Shown here in pieces: positions 16,020-23,022 of a stretch of 46,353 nucleotides of DNA. Every line of letters starts with the position of its first letter. Position 1 is the first letter of the stretch. A program made the translations under genes and the position numbers. Origin of the DNA: a virus; the IMG/VR virus record IMGVR_UViG_3300045988_042187. One strand, 5' to 3'. Below the pieces are notes generated by a model. The model was not told the origin of the DNA. It searched no databases and saw only the letters and a list, made by a program, of their open reading frames with translations.

Positions 16020-16049
16020 ATTATAGTTTGCACCCTGTCTGCGTGTCAA
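16020..16049 (-). promoter_or_regulatory. Near-consensus sigma-70 promoter on the minus strand (TTGACA-18 nt-TATAAT) driving 15987..15284
   Basis: The reverse complement reads TTGACAcgcagacagggtgcaaacTATAAT. Confidence 0.7.
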
Positions 16050-16070
16050 GTATTGGAGCCTTTATTGATA

Positions 16071-16098
16071 ATGACATACCAAATGCGCAAACTATAAT
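16071..16098 (+). promoter_or_regulatory. Divergent plus-strand promoter (ATGACA-16 nt-TATAAT) for the first XRE gene
   Basis: ATGACA at 16071-16076 and TATAAT at 16093-16098. The -10 context GCAAACTATAAT mirrors that of the minus-strand promoter. Confidence 0.5.
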
Positions 16099-16122
16099 TA
16101 TTTGTGAGAGGAGGCGGTGCAG

Positions 16123-16407
16123 TTGATCGCTGAGAAAATCAAAGCCCTGCGTGAGGCAAGGGGCTGGAGCCAGGCGGAACTTTCCCGGCGGCTGGGCATC
16201 ACCAGAAACGGCGTGAACTCTTGGGAACAGGGGCTCTCTATGCCATCACCGGCGTGCCTGGTGGACCTGGCCAAGGTGTTTGGCGTGTCCACGGACTACC
16301 TGCTGGGGCTGGAACGGCTCACCACGGTGGATGTCACCGGCCTGGCGGACCGTGATGTTGCGGTGCTGGCAGAGCTGGCCGAACGGCTCAAAAACTGCAA
16401 AGACTGA
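16123..16407 (+). CDS. XRE-family helix-turn-helix regulator
   Basis: HTH_3 motif IKALREARGWSQAELSRRLGITRNGVNSWEQG. The TTG at 16123 is preferred because the GTG at 16117 is only 2 nt from the RBS. Confidence 0.8.
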   Translation: MIAEKIKALREARGWSQAELSRRLGITRNGVNSWEQGLSMPSPACLVDLAKVFGVSTDYLLGLERLTTVDVTGLADRDVAVLAELAERLKNCKD

Positions 16408-16410
16408 CAC

Positions 16411-16441
16411 AGCGGCTCACTTTTCGTGGGCCGCTTTTTTG
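16411..16441 (+). terminator. Rho-independent terminator
   Basis: 10-bp stem AGCGGCTCAC / GTGGGCCGCT followed by a T6 run. Confidence 0.8.
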
Positions 16442-16444
16442 TTC

Positions 16445-16473
16445 TTGACTTCATACACCTTTTGGTGTATAAT
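16445..16473 (+). promoter_or_regulatory. Sigma-70 promoter TTGACT-17 nt-TATAAT with an embedded 18-bp palindrome (ATACACC-TTTT-GGTGTAT, 16453..16470)
   Basis: Read directly from the sequence. The palindrome spans the spacer and the -10 element, as an operator would. Confidence 0.7.
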
Positions 16474-16502
16474 CAGAGTACATTAAACGGAGGTGCTGCT
16501 CT

Positions 16503-16739
16503 ATGACCCATTCTAAACTGCAAACCAAGCGCCTGGAGGCGCAGATGTCACAGTCCCAGCTTGCCACTGCCGCTGGCATCAATGGCCGGATGCTCCAGTA
16601 TTATGAGCAGGGTGCAAAAGACCTGAGCGGTGCCAAGCTGGCCACGCTGCTCAAGCTGTGCCTGGCTCTCAACTGCACATTGGCTGACATTCTCCCTGAC
16701 GGAGAAACAACCGAACTGCTGACCCGATACGGGCAGTAA
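16503..16739 (+). CDS. XRE-family helix-turn-helix regulator (78 aa)
   Basis: HTH motif MSQSQLATAAGINGRMLQYYEQG; GGAGG RBS. Confidence 0.8.
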   Translation: MTHSKLQTKRLEAQMSQSQLATAAGINGRMLQYYEQGAKDLSGAKLATLLKLCLALNCTLADILPDGETTELLTRYGQ

Positions 16740-16749
16740 AGCCTTTTCT

Positions 16750-16780
16750 GGCGGGGTGTTCATCACCCCGCCGCTTTTTT
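16750..16780 (+). terminator. Rho-independent terminator
   Basis: GGCGGGGTG-ttcat-CACCCCGCC followed by GCTTTTTT. Confidence 0.8.
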
Positions 16781-16801
16781 ATATTCTGAGGAGGGTATCA
16801 C

Positions 16802-17848
16802 ATGAATTACAAGGGCTTTCATCAACTGCAATGGGAGGACCGCCTGGTCATTGAAAAGATGCTCAAGGTGGGTGACAGCAAGGCCAAGATCGCTGAGGCG
16901 CTGGGCGTGTGCAAAAAGACCATCTACAACGAAATCAAACGGGGATGGACCCAACAGATGACCTCTGACTATGAGTTTATCTGGTGCTACTGCCCGGAGA
17001 TGGCGGAGCGCAAATACCAGGAAAACCTCCGGGCCAAGGGGCCGGACCTCAAGATTGGCAATGACATTGACTTTGCAAACTATGTGGAGCAGAAAATTGT
17101 GGAGGAGCACTATTCTCCCGCCGCTTTGTTGGCAGAGCTCAAGGCAAAGCCGCCCCAGTTTGACACCACGGTCTGTGAGGCCACGCTCTACAATTACATC
17201 TACCGGGGTGATGTGTTCCTGGTCCTCAACCCGGAGCACCTGCACGAAAAGGGCCGCCGCCACTATGGTGAGAAATACGGTGAACAACGGAACGCTGCCA
17301 GAGCCGCCAAAGGCCCCCGCATTGATAAGCGTGACCCCATCATCAACTCCCGCACTACTTTTGGCCACTGGGAGATGGACAGCGTGATGGGCACCGTGGG
17401 CTCCAGCCGGGCGCTGGTGGTGCTCACGGAACGGCTCACCAGGGCGGGCATCATCCTCCCGGTGCCAGACCATACCGCTGCCAGCGTGGTCCGGGCGCTC
17501 AACGGTCTGGAGCGCCGCCTGGGCAAGGACTTCTACCCCATGTTTCAGAGCATCACGGTGGACAATGGCTGTGAGTTTCAAGACTACGATGGTATGGAAA
17601 AGGCCTGCCGCCGGAAAGGAAAGCGTACCACCGTTTACTACTGCCACCCGCACGCACCACATGAGCGTGGCAGCAACGAGAACATGAACAGGATAATAAG
17701 GCGGTTTTTCCCCAAGGGCACCAACTTTGATGAGGTGCCTATCTCAGAGATACGCCGGGCAGAGGAGTGGATGAACAACTATCCACGGGAGGTGCTGGGG
17801 TGGCAGACAGCGGCCACCCTCCTGCGGAGCTACATGAGCGCCTGCTGA
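16802..17848 (+). CDS. IS30-family DDE transposase
   Basis: N-terminal HTH (KIAEALGVCKKTIYNEIKRG) plus catalytic-region motifs HWEMDSV, TVDNGCEF and HERGSNENMNRIIRRFFPKGTNF. Confidence 0.9.
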   Translation: MNYKGFHQLQWEDRLVIEKMLKVGDSKAKIAEALGVCKKTIYNEIKRGWTQQMTSDYEFIWCYCPEMAERKYQENLRAKGPDLKIGNDIDFANYVEQKIVEEHYSPAALLAELKAKPPQFDTTVCEATLYNYIYRGDVFLVLNPEHLHEKGRRHYGEKYGEQRNAARAAKGPRIDKRDPIINSRTTFGHWEMDSVMGTVGSSRALVVLTERLTRAGIILPVPDHTAASVVRALNGLERRLGKDFYPMFQSITVDNGCEFQDYDGMEKACRRKGKRTTVYYCHPHAPHERGSNENMNRIIRRFFPKGTNFDEVPISEIRRAEEWMNNYPREVLGWQTAATLLRSYMSAC

Positions 17849-17999
17849 TCTGCCGCACAATAAAGCTGAACGCCGGAGCCCTCGGAGGCCACCGGCGCTG
17901 TTGTCATGCCAAAATGCAGAAAAACGCACAAAACAAGCCGCAAATAGCACGGCTCATTTTGTGCGTTCGTACAACTTTACAAGTTTATTGTAATTTATT

Positions 18000-18028
18000 C
18001 TTGACTTTTTGCTAAGCAGCCCCGATAA
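18000..18028 (+). promoter_or_regulatory. Sigma-70 promoter TTGACT-17 nt-GATAAT
   Basis: Read directly. It shares the TTCTTGACTT context with 16004..16013 and 16442..16451. Confidence 0.6.
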
Positions 18029-18029
18029 T

Positions 18030-18072
18030 TGAGTTACACACCAAGAGATTGGTCGTGTAGCTCAATTTTTTT
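18030..18072 (+). terminator. 33-bp imperfect palindrome followed by a T8 run; either a terminator for read-through from the transposase or a protein-binding palindrome
   Basis: GAGTTACACACCAA-gaga-TTGGTCGTGTAGCTC, then AATTTTTTTT. The 5' arm starts 2 nt after the -10 element of the 18000 promoter. Confidence 0.5.
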
Positions 18073-18096
18073 TATGCCGGTAAGGAGGTGAACGCA

Positions 18097-18345
18097 TTGG
18101 CAGACTACGCTTTCCGCTCTTATGAGGAGCGGCAGAAAATCCAGGAGATGGTTGAGGCAGGCCTGAGCGCCAAAGACATTGCCGCCTCTCTTGGCATCTC
18201 TCCCTCCGCAGTCTATGCGGAGCTGAGGCGTGGCCGGGACGGCACAAGGCTCCCTGACAAGCGCCTGGGCTACAACGCCGAACTTGCCCAGCTCAGTGTC
18301 CAGCAGGGCCTTGAGCGGAGAGGCCGCCGAACTGCCGGGGCATGA
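18097..18345 (+). CDS. Stand-alone IS30-type HTH (HTH_38-like) DNA-binding protein
   Basis: RSYEERQKIQEMVEAGLSAKDIAASLGISPSAVYAELRRG parallels the transposase N-terminus LQWEDRLVIEKMLKVGDSKAKIAEALGVCKKTIYNEIKRG. A TTG start with an AAGGAGG RBS is preferred. Confidence 0.65.
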   Translation: MADYAFRSYEERQKIQEMVEAGLSAKDIAASLGISPSAVYAELRRGRDGTRLPDKRLGYNAELAQLSVQQGLERRGRRTAGA

Positions 18346-18381
18346 CATCCCGCACCTATTAAAACCAAGGAGGACAAAACC

Positions 18382-18588
18382 GTGAGCAACAACCCCATTG
18401 TGCTGAAAAGCAACCGGCTTTCTGATGAGTGCATCGGAACTGTCCGGCTGACCCCGGAGGCGGAGAAAGTGGTCCGCCGTCTGAGGGCAAAGACCGCTCT
18501 GCCCATCCGGCAGATTGTATCTGAAATTATCGTCCAGGCCGAAAACCTCATCGACATTGAGGGGCCGGAGGACACTGAGGAGGATTGA
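18382..18588 (+). CDS. Small protein, possibly ribbon-helix-helix
   Basis: GTG start 8 nt after AAGGAGG. The VRLTPEAEKVVRRLRAKTALPIRQIVSEII pattern resembles a beta-strand/helix RHH motif. Confidence 0.5.
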   Translation: MSNNPIVLKSNRLSDECIGTVRLTPEAEKVVRRLRAKTALPIRQIVSEIIVQAENLIDIEGPEDTEED

Positions 18589-18591
18589 CCA

Positions 18592-19173
18592 ATGAAAACC
18601 GCTATTTCTAATGTGGCCCCCGGCCAGGTGGTCAAGTTTCATGGGGAACCCTGCATTGTGCTGGAGCACCGCACGGCTGGCACCTTGCTGGTGACCGCCG
18701 CCCAGATTAAGAGCTCTTTTGGCTCCACCAACAACTTTGCTGCCAGCTCTTTCCGTGAGCACCTCAACGGTGCCTTTGCGGATGCCCTGACTGAGGGCCA
18801 CGCTGATGAGCTCATCACCCGTGAGGTTGACCTCACCGCCCTCAACGGCTCCAAGGAGTACGGGAGCTGTGAGTGCAAGGTGGCCCCGCTGACCTTTGAT
18901 GAAATCCGCCGTTTCCACGGTCTGCTGCCCAAGCCTGAGAGCTGGGAGTGGAGCGCCACGCCCTGGAGCACCCCCTGCGTGGATGAGGATGATACCTGGG
19001 TCATGGGCTTGTACACCAATGGCAATGTCGGCGGCAGCCGCTGCACCGACACCGGCGGGTCCCGCCCCGCTTTCCTCATCCCCTCCCAGTATGCCGTGGA
19101 GGCTGATGGCGGCCTGGACCAGTACGCCACCAATGAGCTGATTGCGGAAATCAACCGCCGCATGAACGGTTAA
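18592..19173 (+). CDS. DGR target protein 2: a 193-aa stand-alone variable domain paralogous to the N-terminal domain of target 1
   Basis: Contains VR2. Motifs shared with target 1: (A/S)SS(A/F)..(W/H)LNG(T/A)(Y/F) and the ending CTDTGGSRPAF. Strong RBS, and no signal peptide visible. Confidence 0.85.
   Translation: MKTAISNVAPGQVVKFHGEPCIVLEHRTAGTLLVTAAQIKSSFGSTNNFAASSFREHLNGAFADALTEGHADELITREVDLTALNGSKEYGSCECKVAPLTFDEIRRFHGLLPKPESWEWSATPWSTPCVDEDDTWVMGLYTNGNVGGSRCTDTGGSRPAFLIPSQYAVEADGGLDQYATNELIAEINRRMNG
19007..19071 (+). repeat. DGR variable repeat 2 (VR2), 65 nt
   Basis: Hand alignment to TR 10146..10210 gives 12 mismatches, all at TR adenines. The terminal GGGTCCCGCCCCGCT is identical. 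Confidence 0.88.
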
Positions 19174-19183
19174 GGTGAGCGCC

Positions 19184-19897
19184 ATGACCACCAGTGAGCC
19201 CAATGCCCGCCGGTATTCCCGGCGGTGCCGCCAGCGCCGCATGGCCCGGAGGCGCAACGCCATGGTCATCATGGCCATTCTGGCCGTCCTTGCCACTGTG
19301 TTTGCTCTTGGCTATGCCAGCGGATGCAGTGCCCACCAGACGGACGATGGGGTCAAGACCCCTGAGCCCGTGGTGACAGTGGAAACCGTCACCCCTCCAG
19401 CCCCGGAACAGAGCCCCGTGGAGCCCTCTGCACCACCAGAGGAAACCACGGAGCCTGCCCGCCACCGTGATGACATCGTGAGTGAGGGGCGGCTCCTCAG
19501 CTACGAACTCCAGGAAGTCATGCAGGACTGCTGTGAGCACTATGAGGTGCCCTATGCTCTGGCCCTTGCCATCGCAGAGGTTGAAACCCACTTTGACCCC
19601 GATGCCGTCAGCGCCACTGGTGACTATGGCCTCATGCAGATCAACTCTGTCAATCACGAGTGGCTTTTGGAAAAAGGCCTTGACCCCATGACCCATGCCG
19701 GGAACATTGAGGCCGGTATCTATATCATCTCCCAGTATCTCCAGAGCTACGGAGAGCCAGAGCTTGCGCTGATGGCCTACAACTGCGGGCCCGGCGGCGC
19801 AAGAAAGCTGTGGGATGCAGGTACATACCAGACCGACTACTCCCGCAAGGTTATGACCGCTTTTGAATACTGGACAAGCGTGCTGGAGGTTGACTGA
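19184..19897 (+). CDS. Membrane-anchored lytic transglycosylase (SLT domain)
   Basis: Arg-rich N-terminus, a TM helix, a Pro-rich linker, and the SLT motif ALALAIAEVETHFDPDAVSATGDYGLMQIN. Confidence 0.8.
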   Translation: MTTSEPNARRYSRRCRQRRMARRRNAMVIMAILAVLATVFALGYASGCSAHQTDDGVKTPEPVVTVETVTPPAPEQSPVEPSAPPEETTEPARHRDDIVSEGRLLSYELQEVMQDCCEHYEVPYALALAIAEVETHFDPDAVSATGDYGLMQINSVNHEWLLEKGLDPMTHAGNIEAGIYIISQYLQSYGEPELALMAYNCGPGGARKLWDAGTYQTDYSRKVMTAFEYWTSVLEVD

Positions 19898-19898
19898 A

Positions 19899-20018
19899 AT
19901 GCCCTACTATAAGACCTGCCCTGACTGCGGAGCCCACCTTGACCCCGGTGAGCGCTGCGACTGTAAAGATGATACCAAGGAGGATTGTACCAATGTTGGA
20001 AATGAAAATCAAGATTGA
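19899..20018 (+). CDS. 39-aa zinc-ribbon-like protein (below the ORF-track cutoff)
   Basis: Hand translation MPYYKTCPDCGAHLDPGERCDCKDDTKEDCTNVGNENQD. GGAGG lies 9 nt upstream, with a CxxC...CxC pattern. Confidence 0.55.
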   Translation: MPYYKTCPDCGAHLDPGERCDCKDDTKEDCTNVGNENQD

Positions 20019-20481
20019 GGCGGATGTTGCCATCCTCAAGGCCATTGACAAGCTGACCACGGCGCTGGAAAAGAACGCCGTCAACATCTCCGTGTCCCAG
20101 GACACCCCCGCCCCCGTGGCTCCTGTGGCCGCCCCTGTCACCCCTGCCCCGGTGCCGCCGGTCACCATGCCGCCCGCTACTGTGGTCCCTACCCAGCCCA
20201 CCCCTGCGCCTGTGGCAACCCCTACCCCTGCACCGGCTCCTGCGGCACCTGCCCAGACTGTGGCCCCTACTAACCCCGCTCCCACTGTTCCCGTGACCAC
20301 GGCCCCCACCTACACCCTTGACCAGATCGCCAAGGCCGGTGCCAGCCTGGTGGATGCGGGCAAGATGGAGCAACTGCTGGCTCTGCTGGCCAAGTATGGC
20401 GTGCAGGCCGTCACCCAGCTCCAGCCGGACCAGTACGGTGTCTTTGCCACCGAACTGCGGACGCTGGGCGCACAGCTCTAA
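19993..20481 (+). CDS. Hypothetical protein with a long Pro/Ala/Thr-rich linker
   Basis: The ATG at 19993 has an AAGGAGG RBS and is preferred to the track start at 19939. Confidence 0.6.
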   Translation: MLEMKIKIEADVAILKAIDKLTTALEKNAVNISVSQDTPAPVAPVAAPVTPAPVPPVTMPPATVVPTQPTPAPVATPTPAPAPAAPAQTVAPTNPAPTVPVTTAPTYTLDQIAKAGASLVDAGKMEQLLALLAKYGVQAVTQLQPDQYGVFATELRTLGAQL

Positions 20482-20492
20482 GGAGGTGCCCT

Positions 20493-21731
20493 ATGCCTCC
20501 CGAAAAGCACGCCCTGCTTTCTGCCTCATCGGCATCCCGCTGGCTGAAATGCACGGCGGCCCCCCGCTTTGAGGAGCACCTGCCGGAGCGCACCAGCGAA
20601 TATGCGGAGGAGGGCCGCCTGGCCCATTCCATCTGTGAGCTCAAGACCCTCAAGAAATTCACTGTGATGACCTCCCGCACCTACACCACCCGCCTCAATA
20701 AGCTCAAAAAGGACCCGCTCTACTCTGAGGAAATGGACAAGACCAGTGACCTCTACATTGAGCACCTGATTGAGCAGGCCATGCTCTATGACAGCACGCC
20801 CACTGTGGTAGCGGAGGTGCAAGTGGACTTTGGGGAGTATGTCCCGGAGGGCTTTGGCACCTGTGACAATGTGATGATTGGCGGGGACACCCTCAGCATC
20901 ACGGACTACAAGCACGGCAAGGGTGTCCCGGTGTCCGCCGTGGGCAACCCGCAGATGCGGCTCTACGCTCTGGGTGCTCTCAAGCGCTATGCCCCCGTGT
21001 TCGGCGATGCCATCAAGAAAGTCCGCATGTCCATTGACCAGCCCCGCCTTGACAGCTACACCACCGACACTATCACCGTGGAGGAGCTGATGGCCTGGGG
21101 CGAGAACATCAAGCCCATTGCACAAAAGGCTTTCTCCGGGCTGGGTGAGTTTGTCCCCGGTGACCACTGCCGTTTTTGCCGTGGCAAGGCTCAGTGCCGT
21201 GCCCGTGCCAACACCAACACGGCGCTGGAGGACTTCAAGGACTGCGTGCCCGCCTCCTCCGTCCCGCCTGACGCTATGGCCCCCCAGGAGTTTTCCCACA
21301 TCGGCCCGCATGGGAATGAGGTGCACCCGCTCCTCTCTGATGCGGAGATCGGTGACCTCCTCATCCGTGGCAAGGAGCTGGTGGCCTGGTACAAGGACCT
21401 GGAGGAATACGCCACCAAGGCCCTACTGGATGGCAAGCCCATTGAGGGCTGGAAACTGGTGGCTGGCCGGAGCATCCGCACCTTTACGGACCAGGATGCC
21501 GCCATCCAAGCTGCCATTGCCGCCGGATATGATGAGGCCCTGCTCTATGACCGCAAGCCCAAGACGCTCTCTGAGATGGAGAAACTGATGGGCAAGGCGG
21601 AGTTTGCTGAGAAAATCGGCGGCTATGTGACCAAGCCCCTGGGTAAGCCCACGCTGGCCCTCAGCACAGACAAGCGTGAGGCCTACAACCCCGCCGCTGC
21701 TGACTTTGCCGGGGTGGCTGCCAATGAGTAA
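20493..21731 (+). CDS. PD-(D/E)XK nuclease, DUF2800/Cas4-like
   Basis: N-terminal LSASSASRWLKC, core ITDYKHGKG, C-terminal Cys cluster GDHCRFCRGKAQC, and synteny with a DUF2815-like gene and PolA. Confidence 0.75.
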   Translation: MPPEKHALLSASSASRWLKCTAAPRFEEHLPERTSEYAEEGRLAHSICELKTLKKFTVMTSRTYTTRLNKLKKDPLYSEEMDKTSDLYIEHLIEQAMLYDSTPTVVAEVQVDFGEYVPEGFGTCDNVMIGGDTLSITDYKHGKGVPVSAVGNPQMRLYALGALKRYAPVFGDAIKKVRMSIDQPRLDSYTTDTITVEELMAWGENIKPIAQKAFSGLGEFVPGDHCRFCRGKAQCRARANTNTALEDFKDCVPASSVPPDAMAPQEFSHIGPHGNEVHPLLSDAEIGDLLIRGKELVAWYKDLEEYATKALLDGKPIEGWKLVAGRSIRTFTDQDAAIQAAIAAGYDEALLYDRKPKTLSEMEKLMGKAEFAEKIGGYVTKPLGKPTLALSTDKREAYNPAAADFAGVAANE

Positions 21732-22287
21732 GTACCAGACCTGCGCCCATTCCGCCCCGTGGCTGCCACCCATCCCGCTGGATGATGAGGAAAAGGGCTA
21801 CCCCGTGGGCCGTTTCTGCAAGCACGCCTGCCGCAGTATGGCGGTCATCCGTGACCCGGCAGTCTGCGAGAGCTGCACGCAGTACACAGACCCCGCCAAG
21901 CTCATCACCATCAACACTGGGGACTACCACGCAGACATCTATTTTGACCGGCTGGAGGACATGCCCCTCTCCAACATCCGCAAGGTTTTCAAGCTACTCC
22001 TGGCGGACCCGTGGAGCAATGAGGGAGCCATCCGTCAGATGACCCTCTACCTGGATGCCGCCGTGATTGAAAGCAAAGAGGCCTGGAAACAGGCCAGTGT
22101 TGAGTATCAGAACGGCTGGCGCAATGTGTTCAATAAGAAAAGCCGCCTAAAAGAGGACCGCCAAAAGCTCCGGGAAAACAACCGGCTGACCGCTGCCGTA
22201 AAGCGGAGCAAAGCCCGGCATGAGCGCTGGGTGAAACTTCAAACCTGCTGGGCTGAGGCCCAGCCTGATGCAAACACCAGAGTGTAA
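21724..22287 (+). CDS. Hypothetical protein with a Cys-rich N-terminus
   Basis: ORF whose ATG at 21724 overlaps the upstream stop. Confidence 0.55.
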   Translation: MSKYQTCAHSAPWLPPIPLDDEEKGYPVGRFCKHACRSMAVIRDPAVCESCTQYTDPAKLITINTGDYHADIYFDRLEDMPLSNIRKVFKLLLADPWSNEGAIRQMTLYLDAAVIESKEAWKQASVEYQNGWRNVFNKKSRLKEDRQKLRENNRLTAAVKRSKARHERWVKLQTCWAEAQPDANTRV

Positions 22288-22314
22288 TTTAACTGTAAAG
22301 GAGATCAAAAGATT

Positions 22315-23010
22315 ATGTATCAGAATGATGCCATGAAAGTCCTGACTGGTGAGGTCCGCCTCTCCTATGCCAACCTGACCACCCCCAGAGCCGCCCAGCA
22401 GGGCGGTGAGCCCAAGTATTCCGTCACCCTGCTCATCCCCAAGAGCGATGCCGCCACCAAGGCTGACATTGACGCTGCCATCCAGGCCGCCGCCAATGAG
22501 GCCATGGCCAAGGTGTGGAACGGTGCCCGCCCGCCCATGCTCAAGGTGCCCATCTACGATGGTGACGGCGTGCGCCCCTCCGGTGTTCCCTTTGGCGATG
22601 AGTGCAAGGGCCATTGGGTGATGACCGCCTCTACCAAGAACAAGCCCCAGGTGGTGGGCATTGACAACATCAACTGCGAACTGTCCCCGGCGGACATTTA
22701 CAGCGGCATGTATGGCCGTGTCACCGTCCGTTTCTTCGGCTACTCCAACAGCGGCAACAAGGGCATTGGCTGTGGTCTGGGCAATGTTCTCAAGACCCGT
22801 GACGGGGAGCCCCTGAGCGGCCAGGCCTCCGCCGCCTCCGACTTCGCCGGGCTGGGCGGCACTCCTGCGGCCACTCCCACCTACGGTGCGGCGATGCCCG
22901 CCACCCCCGGTGCCTACGGTGTCCAGCCTGCGGCCCCCGCCGCCCCTGCTGCTCAGGTGCCCTGGGCTACCACCGGCGGCATCAACCCCATCACCGGCCA
23001 GCCCATGTAA
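22315..23010 (+). CDS. DUF2815-like ssDNA-binding protein
   Basis: N-terminus VLTGEVRLSYANLTTPR and a Gly/Pro/Ala-rich tail. Conserved position between the DUF2800-like gene and PolA. Confidence 0.7.
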   Translation: MYQNDAMKVLTGEVRLSYANLTTPRAAQQGGEPKYSVTLLIPKSDAATKADIDAAIQAAANEAMAKVWNGARPPMLKVPIYDGDGVRPSGVPFGDECKGHWVMTASTKNKPQVVGIDNINCELSPADIYSGMYGRVTVRFFGYSNSGNKGIGCGLGNVLKTRDGEPLSGQASAASDFAGLGGTPAATPTYGAAMPATPGAYGVQPAAPAAPAAQVPWATTGGINPITGQPM

Positions 23011-23022
23011 TTGGAGGACATC

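Noticed and set aside
16007-16026. TTGACT at 16007 with TATAGT nearby as a plus-strand promoter.
   Set aside because: The spacing between the boxes is only 9 nt. The TTCTTGACTT box here is noted as a repeated motif but not called a promoter.
16741-17926. Candidate IS30 terminal inverted repeats (GCCTTTTCTGGC at 16741 versus the complement of TGCAGAAAAACGC at 17914).
   Set aside because: The match is short and needs an indel, so it is not convincing by eye. The element boundaries are left undefined and need an ISfinder-type comparison.
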